DNA from: Tubiluchus corallicola
Taxonomy: Eukaryota > Animalia > Priapulida
Assembly (NCBI GenBank): GCA_030141605.1
Contig: JAQGDQ010000015.1
Location: forward strand, 310,001-374,000
Direction of reading: 5' to 3'
DNA: 64,000 nt
The position numbers and the translations under genes were made by a program. Shown one piece after another: positions 12,301 through 24,945 of this stretch. The notes under the pieces are model-generated. The model did not search any database and had not been told where the DNA came from. It was given only the letters and a program-made list of their open reading frames with translations. Position 1 is the stretch's first letter; every line of letters starts with the position of its first letter.

Positions 12301-15300
12301 CATCACTCAGTCCAGCATACACTCTGCCAAGTACTGTAGAAGCACACAAGCTGTGAATCCTACCCTCCAAGTACGTTTTTTTGTTCAACTTTCCGCTCTA
12401 AATAAGAAAAATGAATTAGTAATAATCAGTTTTTATTTCACTATTTCGTCACACATAAAATATGAAAAGAGCGCCAGGAACAATTCAACATAGCAGAAGA
12501 AGTGAGATAACTGACAATAATTTAACAACAATAGAAACACATCCCTATTCTCAGATAAGATGAACTACTTTATGGTGCCATTGTAGAAAGCATTAGAAAG
12601 GAATACCCATAAACATCTGCAGATTAAAATGTTTGAACAATTGCAACATATGTTAAAGATGTTCAGATAGTTGAACTTTCTTTTAACATAATTTGTTACC
12701 AATTAAGAGAGCAAAATATGTATCACAAAATTGGGTCAAGCTTGTGTTCTAATAATCCCCACATTCTTGTAAACCTAGCTCAATTTTTAGCATCGTTTTG
12801 ATTGTTAGGCCATGAAGTGTGGTTGTTAAGCATTCATTTTTAGACAGAAACAGAAAGAGAGAGTGAGACAGAAAGAAAGGAGAAAGTAATTTTGTTTTTT
12901 TTGTTATTGCCAGATGTTTCCATTGATAATGAGTAGCGGTCGTAATGATATTAGTGGTGCTGATGGTGAGTATTTCATACATCATCTGATGATTTTGCTC
13001 CTCACCTGCCTTCTGGAAGTAATTAGGTTTTGTAAAGAAGCAACACCCATTTATTGCATTTTTTAACTGTTTAATTAAACATAAAAACTTGCCATCTCAA
13101 TTAGGGCTCTATATCCGGCTCAGAATTTCCTTCAAGTGTCTAATCCTATTTAGATAAAAATTAAACATTACCTGAACACTAAAGGATCTTAGGTTTCCAT
13201 CCAAGCAGCCCGTGAGCAATCTTTTGTGATATTTCTTCGTACCCGCTTCACTGACTATGCACAATCCGGTGACTACTTCTTCATGATCAGAATACACGTT
13301 CAAACACTGCCCTGTCTACAAATATAAATTTATGCCATAAATGTAAGTAATATACACCAATCGTAGATACAGTAAAATAGCCACTTACAGCTTTTACTGT
13401 TAAGCGTTTTTATGTAAAATGACTGCAAAAATAATGCAACAAAAAAAATTTAAAGTACATCGCTAAGAGCAAAATTAAACTTTAGAATTACAATGTAAAT
13501 ATTTGCTGCAAATACTTTGCACAAACTACTACTGTGTGCAAAATGGTGCAATGTTCAAAACATAATTGCTTTTGTGTTAAATTGTGCTGTTCCATAGGCT
13601 TTTTGAAGGTCTACAGTGACTAGAGCTACAAAGGTTCCCTAGTATTGTACTGATGTTTCACATACTGAAAAAACATTTTAAAATGTTTCTGCTTATTAGG
13701 CTAATGAGCCAAAACCTAATGTATTTCAAATTACAGAGAATCTTGAGCAATCCACTGTGTTTACCAGGGTTGTGATCTGCACAACAATCTAAATGCATAC
13801 ACATACAAATCACAATAGCAGTAGCTAAGAATGTACCTTCAAATCAAAGCGAAGTGCTGTTTTGTCACCTGAACAAGTAAACAAGTAATCTTTACCAGCT
13901 TCTTCATAAACCTGAAATAAAGTAAAAAAACATGCAACATGAAAAAGAAGACTGTCTAGCGCTATTTGTTCCACATAAAGGCAAATGAGTTTTGCATTTA
14001 TTGATTTGCATGTCAAGAGACATTATTATAGAGCAACTAAAAGCTACCAAAAGTCTAAAAAATTAAAAAAATCAATTTTCCTTAAAATCATATGTACATG
14101 TATGGCAGCCATTAGTGTTTTTTAATTGACATCTCAGGAAGCACAGCTGTTTAAAATTAATATCATTTGATACAGGCTTCAAAAAATATCTTGCTAAATT
14201 CAACACAATGGCTATTTGGCCAAAATAATTATCATATTTCTGTTGAGAGCTAATTATGATGAACCAAGCACACCAATTCTGAGAAAATGCAGAGCGATCT
14301 TAGCTATTTGATCAATAAAATATTTTCATTTGCATTTGAATTCTTTTGTTTTAAATGAATTTAGTACTAAAGTAATGAAACAAGTTAATTTTTGCCCTGA
14401 AACATAAATCATAATTCAAACGAAACATATGAAATGTTTTATTCTTTTTTCACGGATGTAAACAGTTAAGAAATTAGTGTCATTAAGATGTAAATCCATT
14501 TATTAAGGTCTATTCGGTAATGCAAAGTTAAGTAAAAATTTGCTGACTGGAAAATGCGGCATAAAAATTGACAATCTTTGGTGTTCAGGACAGCTCTTTA
14601 CATATGCGAAAAAATTTGGCCTCAAACTTCTCAGAAAAAATGCTAAACTGCAAAACAAAATTGCAGGCAAAAATCCACCGTGCAGCTATTTAACATCTTG
14701 ATTTGAAAATAATTAAATATTTTATTTTAAAATTACCTGCAAGGTTTTACAAAACTTTTGACAAATTTTTAATCAATAACAAAAAAACAGAACATACCGT
14801 CATGTCTACAACAGCAGCAGTGTGACCTTGATAGCAAACTGTATTCATACCTAAAAAATCAATTAAAATAAAAAATTTGATGCGATGGCTACACATTAAA
14901 AGTAGGCTTAAAAAATGCACTAAACTGAAATATAAGTTGCACTCACATGTGCTTAATAAATACAGTACCTACCATCTTTGTTCTCTCTTGGTTTAAATTC
15001 TTGTACATCTTTTTTGCTACAAATTAAAAACAACCGTATCATAAATATGAAAAAGATCACAAGTGAATTACTGCAATGGTTAAATTACTTTAAACTGAAA
15101 AGGCAACAACTGCGTTAAAATGCTATTAAAATTTTCAGTAGGAATACAAAAGCTCACATATTTGATGTTCTGAAAATTCTTCATTCATCCTAACTCAACA
15201 TGCAATCGTAATCTTCAATATCTGATGAATTCATCAGTCTGCTGAATGATGTGTCTGTGATTATATAATGCAAGAATGCACATCATAATACATTAATATA

Positions 15301-18300
15301 CATACACATACACACATATATATATATACATGTATATACGTATATATATATATATAAGCTTTATATATATATACTTGTCGTTAAAGCTTGGTCTTGGTCT
15401 CACTCCTATTTACTAACTCCCGTCTAAGGTTAATCATAATCACACTCTAACTACTAACTCCCGTCTAAGGTTAATCATAATCACACTCTAACTACTAACT
15501 CCCACATCCATCACCTTTTTCTTCTTTCCTTGTTCCTTCTTATCTTCCTGTTTTAACTACAATTTTCACTTTCAGAGTGTCCTTACAAGTTGTTTTTCTT
15601 GGGTGCCTTGCATCTCACATTTACTGTTAAATACAGGTACAACTGATCTTATGTTAATGTAATTGTCTGTGTGATGAAATGTCTATATAAATGTATTGCA
15701 AAAATTGTAAGCTAAAGGCAACTTATGTGCTGGTGAAAATGAATGAATCTTAATCTTAATGTTAAATTTTAATCTTATCTTTGGCCTCAAAATCAGTAGG
15801 TTATAGTAGTACTATGACCAACAATGTACAACATTTGTTGGCTGCTGAATTGGAAGAGCAATTTGTTTCAGGTTTTAAAATGCCAACCATTTAGAAGAGT
15901 AGCCGAGTAGGTTTTAATTACATTAAAAACTATACTTACACTGAGTTTTCCAATAACTTGGTTCTCTTTCTTGTTTTTGCATCTGTTTTCTTTGACTTCG
16001 GAGCAGTAATTTTGCGTTTCTTAATTGCACTATAAAAAACTAATGCTGCATAATACTAATGTTTCACGAATTTATTACGTAAAACACGATCTGTTAATTT
16101 CACTGACTTACAAAAATTTGCAACATGGAAACTCAGCCTCCTGTCCAAAAAACACCCAGTATAATCATAATAGATTTTACTTCGAGGGAATCTCTGCAGG
16201 TTTATAATTAGGAGAATATCTGTACACTAAAATAGCTTAGAAAGAAATATAACTGACATTCTATTTGTAAAATAAGATTTGGTATCATCAACAATTTTTA
16301 AAAGGAGAACATTACATAGTAGCTTTATGTCCTTTCTTTCTGTCTCCACCTTACATTTTTTCATGCATTTCACTGCGAAAAAACTTCAGAGCCTATTTTA
16401 GTATGTAGAAAATTTGAAATAATAATAGCCTCAATCCTCAAACAGCCATTCCTTGCGAAATCTCATTCCAAACTTATAAATTCATTAACTTACCTTTGGC
16501 TTTCTGATGCTAATCTTTTCAACTTAACGACTGGCAAATGCTCTAAACTTGAAGTTTGGCTAGAGCTTAATACTGACATTCTATCTAAAACTGATGAATC
16601 TGCTTCAGGTGTAGTTTGTGGAAGACTAACAATCTGAACAGCTTTTTCTTGATTAGAAGTTACTTGCGCGACTCCAGAACATTTCTGCAAGAACTCTTCA
16701 TGCAACTTAAGTAATAATTCCTCACTGAGAGTTCCCAAATATGTTAAATCTCCACTGGAAATATCAGATATATGTTCAGTAAATGGCAAACTATCAGCCA
16801 CAGACTGGACAGATGATGCGACTGAAGTTGAAATTGGGGGGCCTTTTGCATCCACCGGAGATATAATACTTCGGGATGTCATATCGACTATTCTGGAATC
16901 CGTGTTTGGCTGATGAGATGAAGGAGTGTTCTGAGCAATGTTCTTTTGAAGTAAATCGCCTCGCATATCTACATAGCACAAGACATTAAAATGAATTAGG
17001 GTCAACTTGCAAAAAAGTATATTATAAAATAAATCAATGGACCTATTTAAAGCAAAATCAAAATAATATCTATTTTATCATCAAAATCTAAATTATTTTT
17101 CTATAAAATTTTAAAAGTTGATTTAAAACAATAGACTTTTTTGTAAGTCACAACATAAAATGTAAATTGCAGTTTATTTTCAGCAACTGAAAAATAAAAA
17201 GAGAAGTTGCAAATAACAAATATACCTTTCAGAAGTTCTCTTCGTTCACTTATGAGTTCTTGTTCTCTTGTAACTAACTGGAACAAAAAAACATTTGAAT
17301 AAACCAGAATTCTATTGCACAATAATATCCATTTAAAATGTCAACTAAGTTTTTATACAAACAGACCCGATGAAGGCCAGTGGCCATTCAAGGCTGCAGT
17401 TAAAAGGTGAATAAATGAACACAAGTCCTGAGAAACATAGTTCACATCCAATTTACTAGTGATAAAAGACGGATGTTGATATTATTCTTGAATTGAGTGA
17501 GGTTGAAGTTTTCAGGGAAATTTGAAATATATCAGTTCTTAGAAAAATCTTAGCCAGCAATCCTAATTCAAGTCAGTGTTTGTCGCAGTAACGTTTGATA
17601 AGAACATTTTTACAGACCAAAATGTAACAGTGCAACTTTCAAATTAAAAAAATGTTGTTTTTCACTTTTAATAAATGTATTACCTGTTGAAGATAAGATT
17701 CCGCTTGTGTAATCTGCAACTGTGTCTCTTCCAATGTCTTCTTCAGTCGACTGAGTTTGTCCTCCATTGCTTTTCTTTCATCTGTGACATCTATCTCAGC
17801 CATCGATATCTCTAACAAGCGATCCTTAACTTCAGATTCCCTCAGTTTGCTATTATTTGACATTTCAACTGGACTGTCAATCTTCTCCAAGCTTGTGTCA
17901 ACATGAGTAGATTGCGGCATTGGCTCAATAGTAGTTTGAACAAAATCATGTCCTTCCACATGTTGCCAACCAATGTCAGAGGCCACTGTCGTAATAGGAA
18001 CCTCTGTTGCTTTATTCTGGCAACCATCAATTTGTTCCGATTTCGCTTTACTTCCAGAGTCTGGCTGTTCAATATGTGCATCACTAGTTTCACAAACTGA
18101 TATGCTCACGGTGCCCTGTTCTGTTTGTTTATGTGATGTAGTTGCACTGTTTAAAGAATGAGCAACTGTAGATGCGCCAGAACTGGAAGTTACTAAATTT
18201 ATTTTGCAAGTGGAAGCATTACCTGGACTCACAGGAGTGAGACTCATTTCTACATCTGAATCACTTTCCCGACCAAACTCATTCTCGTCGCACTCTGTCA

Positions 18301-21300
18301 TAATTTCCTGCTTAACATCAACAAGACTGTAATCAAATTCTTTCTGTGACTCTAAGATAGTGTTGTCATCCCTGGGTGGTAAATTGGATGGGTTCAATTC
18401 TGGTTCACTTTTCTCTGGTGTTACTGGTTCTGCTTTCAGCTTGAGTAGAACCTGATCAGACTCTTGTGGCTTCTCAGATTGTTCAGAAGTTGAATTTGCT
18501 GGACTTTCGCTTAATAATATTTCACTTAGGCTTTCCTTCAATTGGCTAGATGGTAAGCTTTTGGTATTAGACTGAAATAAATGGTTTTCTAGTACAACTT
18601 TAGATCGAAATGTTTCTCTGTCAGCTAATGTATCAATTTTAGATTTGGATGTATCATTTCTTAGAATAGCCTTAGACTGCTGAAGCACCTCATTATCAAC
18701 AGCTGAAGCAGCATTCTCACCAACAGCTATTGCTTGATATTCTTGTTGAAGCAACCGGTTTCTCATATGTAACTTGTCCTGACTTTTTGACAAGTGACGA
18801 TCTATTGCCAATGATGACTTGGGCAATAAATTCTCTACATGATTTTCTTGATTAGCAGTGCGTGTAATGATTTTAGGTGTTGGAAAACCCTTTTCAGTGG
18901 GTTCCTCTGAAGATGTTTCTCCTTTAGAAAGTTTTCCTTCAGCCACCAATTCTGTCACTGCTTTGGTACATTCTCTTGAATCTTCTTGACATGCCACAGC
19001 TAAAATGTAGACAAAGTAGATGTGTAACAACAGCAAATATGTATGAAATTAAAAATGCTTAAATGAAAACGGCAGTCAGTTTTAGATAGTAGTAGAGGTA
19101 ATTATGTTGTGGTTCTCTTAAACATGTTTGCCAAAAATTAATTCAATAACCTCAATCAAATAGTAATCTCAATGGTTTTTTGGTTAAATTATAACATAGA
19201 TTGTAGTACCTAATTCTTGATTATAAGCATTAGGGTTTGGAGCTAGCAAGTTCTGAATTTCTGTCCACATCGTCGAGGGAATTTCATCTATTAAGGATTC
19301 CACAATACCCAAGGCGTCCAGTTCTGAAACAAAATCTATTTCTTCTCGATTGCCTAACTTAGCAGTCTCTGTACATTCAGTGCCAGCCGGAGTCATGCTA
19401 ATATTAAATCGTGGCAAAGTCAGCTTTTTGGTTGATCTGCTATATGCCTAGAATGAAACAGAAATTGGACTAAACAATGTGTTTAATACTATGACAAAAA
19501 TGATTCTGTACATTTAATACTTTCAATGTAAAGTTAATATATTACAACTCTTGTTAACAAAAGAAAGAATGCTGTCTGCAGAATACAATGTACAATGTTT
19601 AATGACCAAAATCACGTAGAAAAGACTGTACAAAAGATAAGTGAGTCAGATGACAGGGAAACACCTTACATAATTATTATTAAACAATGAAATTAGAGTA
19701 ACAGACATTTAAGATATAAAGTAATGAGAAACACGAAAATGTGAATCCTCAATGCTCCGATTTCCTTTTGTTAATTATATTCATAAACTGTACTAACAAT
19801 TTGCTTGTTTAATTTCCCTAACAACAACACATGGAACCTTAATTACTAGAATGAAGTCAATGGGCTATAATAAACTTACACGAAGCAAAGCAGTTAGCTG
19901 CAGATGTTGATGACGTGATCTGGGCTGAGTGACCAGCTTAATCAGATCTTCTTTTGTCATTATTGTTTCTTTTGTTGTTCTGTCTACATTATCTGTAGTC
20001 AGTTTGTCTTTGGTTTTCACTTTTGTTTGTTTTGCAGCTACTTGAAACTCGGGCTGAGTAGTTCTATTTCCACATCCCATTTTTACCTCATTATCCTCAT
20101 TACTTTCTTTAGCAGGTACATCATTAACTTGTTTGCTCTGGCAGTTTTTCTCCAACACAGTAGCAACGACTGTTTCCTTGTTCTTCCCACTGACGTCGGA
20201 TACAAGCTTTTTATTGTCTAAATATTTACTATTCACTGGCTTCTTTACATCACTAGAATGTACTTTCTTGTTATGAATTAAATTTTTTGTAGTAATACAT
20301 TTTGTACCATTTCCAATTCTTAGTTTACAGGAAGATCTCTTCCCCATAGAATTATTGTTTTTCCTGTCCCGGTGGTTACTTTCGTTCTTAGTGCCCACAA
20401 ATTCATTTACGTTCTTACTTTCTGATTGCTCTCCGAAATTTCGAGATCCGGAAGTAATGTCTGTTGCCTCAGAATGATTATCTCTTTCACCTTTTTTGTC
20501 AATAAAAAACATTTTGTCGATTCTCAATTTATCGAGATCAGTGTCTAAATTCTTATTATGCTCCTGAGAAGGATCACGCTTTTCATTCTCATGAAACTCT
20601 ATGGCCGAAGTCGAATCAGGGGACACATTGGCTCGATCTTCTGCTTCATTGTACACTTCAGCTTGAGCCTCTGTACAGGGAAGTAAAGGATTCCACTGCT
20701 CCCAGGATCTACTAAAGTCTCTGTATGCAGGAACACCATGAAAGTCATCATTCTGCATCCAGTTTGGATGAAAAGGCAGAACACTGCATGACCACTGAGG
20801 TGGGAAAAATCTGCAAAACGACGTACCTGAAAAGTTGGGATTTGTCATTCTTTCACTCTGAAATCTTGGTGCATTAAAAAAACCTGGAGCCTGATTTGGA
20901 TAAGGTTGCTTATAGACATAGGTGTCTCCATGCTGTCTGGATCTACCTTTATTTTGTGGTCTAGAGAATCTGCTCGTTGGTCTATTTGTGTTATTATTAT
21001 GCCAAGTTCGTGGGGTAGGAAAAGGGCTTCTCGAGGCAGAATTGCTATATTCTTTCTGAGTATTACTTCCACGAAATGAATTTCCATCATAAGAAGAATA
21101 AGATGTTCTTCTACAATCTGATTCCGCAGATCTCCGAGAAAAAGACCGTGTGTTTTCCCAAGTCTGCAAACTAAAGTACACATTACATAGTTAAATAAAT
21201 AAGAAAAAAATATTTATAGAGCATATAAAGTCAACCTAAGTCTACAACATAAATCAGTTACATAACTCAAAAACAACAAACTTACAGGCAGTGTTTACAC

Positions 21301-23051
21301 AGTAAAACTAAATTTAAAAAACTTTATAAAGGTATTAAAATGATTCAAATAACAATGAAATGTTTAGGCATAAGTTAGATCTGCAAAACTAAAAAAGATA
21401 ATAATAAAAAAATGATGCTAGAGTTTTTAGGTTAGACCAGTATCTTTGTAGAACAGCTGGTCACTCACGTTCGAGATCTAGCTTCATTAGGTTTCCTCTC
21501 AGATTCTTGTATTGTTTGCCGACGGCGCATTGCTCTACTGTGATCCGGACCATTTAAGTGATCCCCATACTCCACCAGTGATTTGTGTGATGTTTTGCAT
21601 AGTCCACAAGTGTGGTCAGTTATCCTAAAAAGGAAAATAAACAATCAAATGTGTATTTAATGTTACCTACAACAAAATAAATAGGCAAGAAAGAGAGAAA
21701 GATATTACTACTGAACATTATCAGCAATATTAAATAAGTTAGTTACTTGTTATTGAAACTTACTTTTTCTTATGCTCCAACTTAATATGATGACCAAATG
21801 ACCAATTGTGCTCCAGGTATTTCTAAACAACAACAAAAAACTTGCAGTAAAACGTTTAACAGGGTAAACTACAGATAAAGCAAAGCACCACTGCAGATTG
21901 AAATTTTGGCCAAACAGCCAGCAGTAAAAATGTTCTAGCAGTGCTTAGTGTGACTCTAGGAAGGAGATATATAGCTCTTTATAAAGAGGAAGAACAGGGA
22001 TACACGATGATGAGGGCTATATTTTAGGATAGGTCCACCAAGAGGAGTGACGACAAGTTAATTAGATGTTCCATTTTTGGCAATTTTCGCTTAGAAAACT
22101 GCTAACACAAAGCCATTGTTGTGACATCATCCATTATATTCTGCTTATAACCTTATAACTTAAAAGCTGCTACTGGTTTTGCATTATAAATGAGGACTAT
22201 GTAGAATGTTCGCGTATTATTGATTATAAGTGTATTTATATGCAAAATTTTTTGCGGGGCCTTTGCTAGTCTATATATTAATTTCGCTGGTATATATATA
22301 TATATATATATGAGATTCGAGACTACAGCTCCAACGATGGCACCATTTGGGGCGATCTATATATCAAACGAAAGGTCTCGATCTAGTGTGGTCTCATTGG
22401 GGGTTTATTTTTTGAATCGGGCCCACTGGGATGAATGGGGGGCAAAAAACCTCCAAAAATGGCCGTTTTTTGCAAAAAATTCCAAAACTTATACCTCTTA
22501 TTTCTGGAGAATGGGAATGGGTCATGAGTGTTGCTGGCTATGGATAGATAGCCCGTTCAACGGCGGGTGTAGTAGGCATATTTAGAATTCGCGAGAGGGT
22601 CAAGGCACCCCGCAACAGGCGTTTTTCCAGACCCAACTCGCGATTTTTTCGAAATTTAGATCAAACAGCATGCGGAAAAATGTTCTAGCGGCGCCTGGTA
22701 GGACTTTCAAAAGGAGATATATGGCTCTTTAGAAAGAGGAAGAACAGGGCTACACAATGATGTGGGCTATATTTTAGGACACGTCCACCAAGAGGAGTGC
22801 CGGCGAGTTAATTAGACGTTCTATTTTTGCAATTTTCGCTTGAAAAACTGCTGACGCAAAGCCATTGTTCTGACGTCACCCATTGTACTCTGCTTATAAC
22901 CTTATAATTTTAATTCAGTAAAAGCTGCTACTGGCTTTGCGATATAGACGAGGACTATGTAGGATGTTCGAGCACTGTTGATTATGAGTGTATTTATACG
23001 CAAAATTTTTTGCAGGACCTTTGCTAGTCTATATATTAATTTCGCTGGTAT

Positions 23052-23084
<33 letters not shown>

Positions 23085-23614
23085 ATTCGAGGCTACAGCT
23101 TCGACGGCGGCACCATTTGTGGCGATCTGGTCTCATATAGCAAATGAAAGGTCTTGATCTAGTGTCGTGCCATTGATGGTTTATTTTTCGAATCGGGCCC
23201 ACTGGGACGAACGGGGGCGAAAAAAATTCAAAACTTATACCTCTTATTTGTAGAGAACGGGAATGTGCCAGGAGTGGTGTCAATAATGGTTAGATAGCCC
23301 GTTCAGCGGTGGGTGTAGAAGGCATATTTAGAATTCTCGAGAGGGCCTCGGTGTCCCGTAACGGATGTTTTCCCGGACCCAACTCCTGATTTTTTCTAAA
23401 TTTTGGTCAAACAGCCTGCAGTAAAAACGTTCTAGCGGCGCTTAGTGTGACTCTAGGAAGGAAAAATATCTGACACATAACCCTCACAAATATTATAAAA
23501 TACTTAGCTTTTATGCTCAGTGAATGAACTTTTAACCTGATATACCTCTTTTTCTTCAAAATCTTCATGGCAGATAACACATTCAAATATTTCATTGTCC
23601 TTTTTGTCTCCCAT
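6309..23614 (-). CDS. ZNF106: Zinc finger protein 106-like (two N-terminal zinc fingers, long disordered middle, WD40 repeats, C-terminal C2H2 finger)
   Basis: Nineteen GT-AG exons join in frame: 23614-23546, 21822-21764, 21624-21469, 21170-19880, 19447-19210, 18999-17684, 17277-17226, 16968-16494, 16029-15940, 15016-14973, 14850-14798, 13911-13837, 13315-13172, 12397-12275, 11829-11563, 11349-11200, 8463-8389, 7674-7603, 6386-6309. N-terminus: CVICHEDFEEKEKYLEHNWSFGHH and HTCGLCKTSHKSLVEYGDHLNGPDH. WD40: YQGHTAAVVDM..LFTCSGDKTALRFDL, LLTGCLDGNLRSF, VRDAETGLFLRVLTGH. C-terminus: CKKDGCKLPFAYKSHLMHHMLRCH. This architecture matches ZNF106. Confidence 0.85.
8921..10460 (+). repeat. Two diverged tandem copies of a ~280-bp unit; the second copy is split by the 9277-10330 transposon
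   Basis: GCCATTACCCAAAA...CTAACATCTACACT occurs at 8920 and 9201. The continuation AAAATATTTTTGTCA...GTGACAGGTCA occurs at ~9059-9102 and ~10387-10437. Confidence 0.75.
9277..10330 (+). mobile_element. PIF/Harbinger-type non-autonomous DNA transposon carrying a MADF/Myb-SANT-like remnant
   Basis: ~35-bp imperfect TIRs GGCCATGTTTCCACTGCACCTGCACAGACACAGAC / GTCCGTCTCCGTGCAGACGGAGTGGAAATGTGGC, with TAA on both sides. Internal 9439-9583 reads MEDEHTIHDIQIRPFLYDKRSLKYRQKE, resembling the MADF helix-1/loop (RPxL[WY]DK...Y). Confidence 0.75.
15300..15373. repeat. (CA)/(TA) compound microsatellite
   Basis: Visible CATA/CA/TA runs in a ZNF106 intron. Confidence 0.85.
15412..15502. repeat. 41-bp perfect tandem duplication (~2.2 copies)
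   Basis: TACTAACTCCCGTCTAAGGTTAATCATAATCACACTCTAAC x2, followed by TACTAACTCCC. Confidence 0.9.
21896..23465 (+). mobile_element. Head-to-tail tandem array of a non-autonomous Helitron-like element (partial + full 758-bp unit + partial) in the first coding intron of ZNF106
   Basis: Junctions CCTTTGCTAG|TCTATATATTAATTTCGCTGG at 22269/22270 and 23027/23028 show a 5' TC and a 3' CTAG. There is a GCAAAA-TT-TTTTGC hairpin just upstream of CTAG and an internal (TA)n tract. Confidence 0.78.
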
Positions 23615-24414
23615 TTTCCGATTATGGATTGACAAAAACTCTATAAATGACATGTAATAAGTTAAATTAAAACTGATAATAAATGAAGCATTAATTTACA
23701 ATGTTTAGTGCGCGTAATGTTGCCTCACACACACACTGCAGGCTTTAAAGTTCGCTTAAAAAATTTAGTTACAGTTATAATAAAAATGTGAATAGTAAGC
23801 CAGAAGTCTACATTTTACAGGGACTAATACATAGACCAATCTGTACTACTAGAATGGGATGTAAAAATTTTACTAGTTCAAATAGATTTATGTAGAATGA
23901 GATGTCTAGTACTTATTTGATCGCGTTGTTTCGTTCGTGTTCTTGTGGACAGTTTACTTTGCCAGTCAAGCAAGAATGAGATTTGGCATGCGTAACTTGA
24001 CTTAAACAAACTGCCGGATGTCCCTCATCCAAACTAACTTTGTGGCTCTGGATATTACAACTCACTTGAACTTGCTAACACAACATAATGGATTCAAAAC
24101 TTTAAAAACTGTAACGATAAGCTTTTACTTGCTTTTCAGTAATATGCTTCTATGTTGCTTTTCTTTGTAAGCAAGGATGCAACATCACCACAAAGCTATT
24201 TTCTTTTCCCTTTATCAGCGAATGTTGCAAAATCATAAATTTAACGTCAATGGTAGTTTAACAATTAGCACATTCAAACGAATTTTAAGGAATAAATAAT
24301 ACAAATTTACATAATGTTATAGACACTAGCGAAACCTGTCAAAATCATTTTGCATAACGTTGAAACAGTGTTGAATTGAAAAAGGTATTGGATTCATCAC
24401 TAATGATAAAAAAA

Positions 24415-24500
24415 TGCATGAGGCAGAAATCTTTAACTGGGATTCAAACTCAAACCACTCAGATGTAAAAGTTCTGGCGCTCTAGCTGAGATATTTCCAC
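24415..24500 (-). mobile_element. Decayed tRNA-derived SINE head
   Basis: The minus strand reads TCTCAGCTAGAGCGCC (A-box-like) ... GAGTTTGAATCCCAGTT (B-box-like). A related copy AAGTTCAAATCCCAGTTT...CTCGTGCATT lies at ~56890-56980(+). No complete cloverleaf is present. Confidence 0.5.
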
Positions 24501-24819
24501 TTTCATTAACTATGATTGTTTATTAACAATTATAGTGATAGCTCACAATATCAGAACACTCTTTGGTCATGCATGTTGCACAAGAAAACGTTTAAGACAC
24601 AAATTTTAAGTTATTCAGCCTGAAATTAGTCAGTCGATGTTCATACTGATTTAGGTGTCTTCAGAAAAAATTACACCCTGGTCATTCTCTTTCTTTATGA
24701 GCTTTTCAATACATCTCAGATAACTGAGATTCACAACAACTCTTTATTATTAAAATAAATGTTACACTAATAATATTAATGTAAATGCAATATTAATGTT
24801 AATTTTTTTATTATAAAAT

Positions 24820-24945
24820 AAATAATAATAATCATAATCATCTTTTCTATTTATCTAGCAACACATATACAGTTATAATACAATTAATTTGGAAAAAAAT
24901 GTAAAGAAAGGGCAGCGAAAGACCAATTCGTCATCTAGTCAGCTG
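24820..24945 (-). mobile_element. LINE 3'-end relic (CR1/L2 group)
   Basis: The minus strand GCTGACTAGATGACGAATTGGTCTTTCGCTGCCCTTTCT matches GCTGACTTGATAACCTACGGGTTCTTCGCTGCCCTTCT at ~28933-28970(+), and ends in a GATTAT/ATT simple-repeat tail. Confidence 0.55.

Noticed and set aside
16490-21181. Large ORFs (465, 438, 171 aa) as standalone novel genes
   Set aside because: They are bounded by splice sites that join in frame as internal exons of the ZNF106-like gene.
22220-23283. Similar small ORFs at 3245, 22220 and 23029 as a peptide family
   Set aside because: They are chance frames in copies of a non-coding repeat, and the frames are not conserved between copies.
24415-24500. Possible tRNA gene
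   Set aside because: Only decayed A/B-box-like motifs with no acceptor stem or cloverleaf; treated as a SINE relic.
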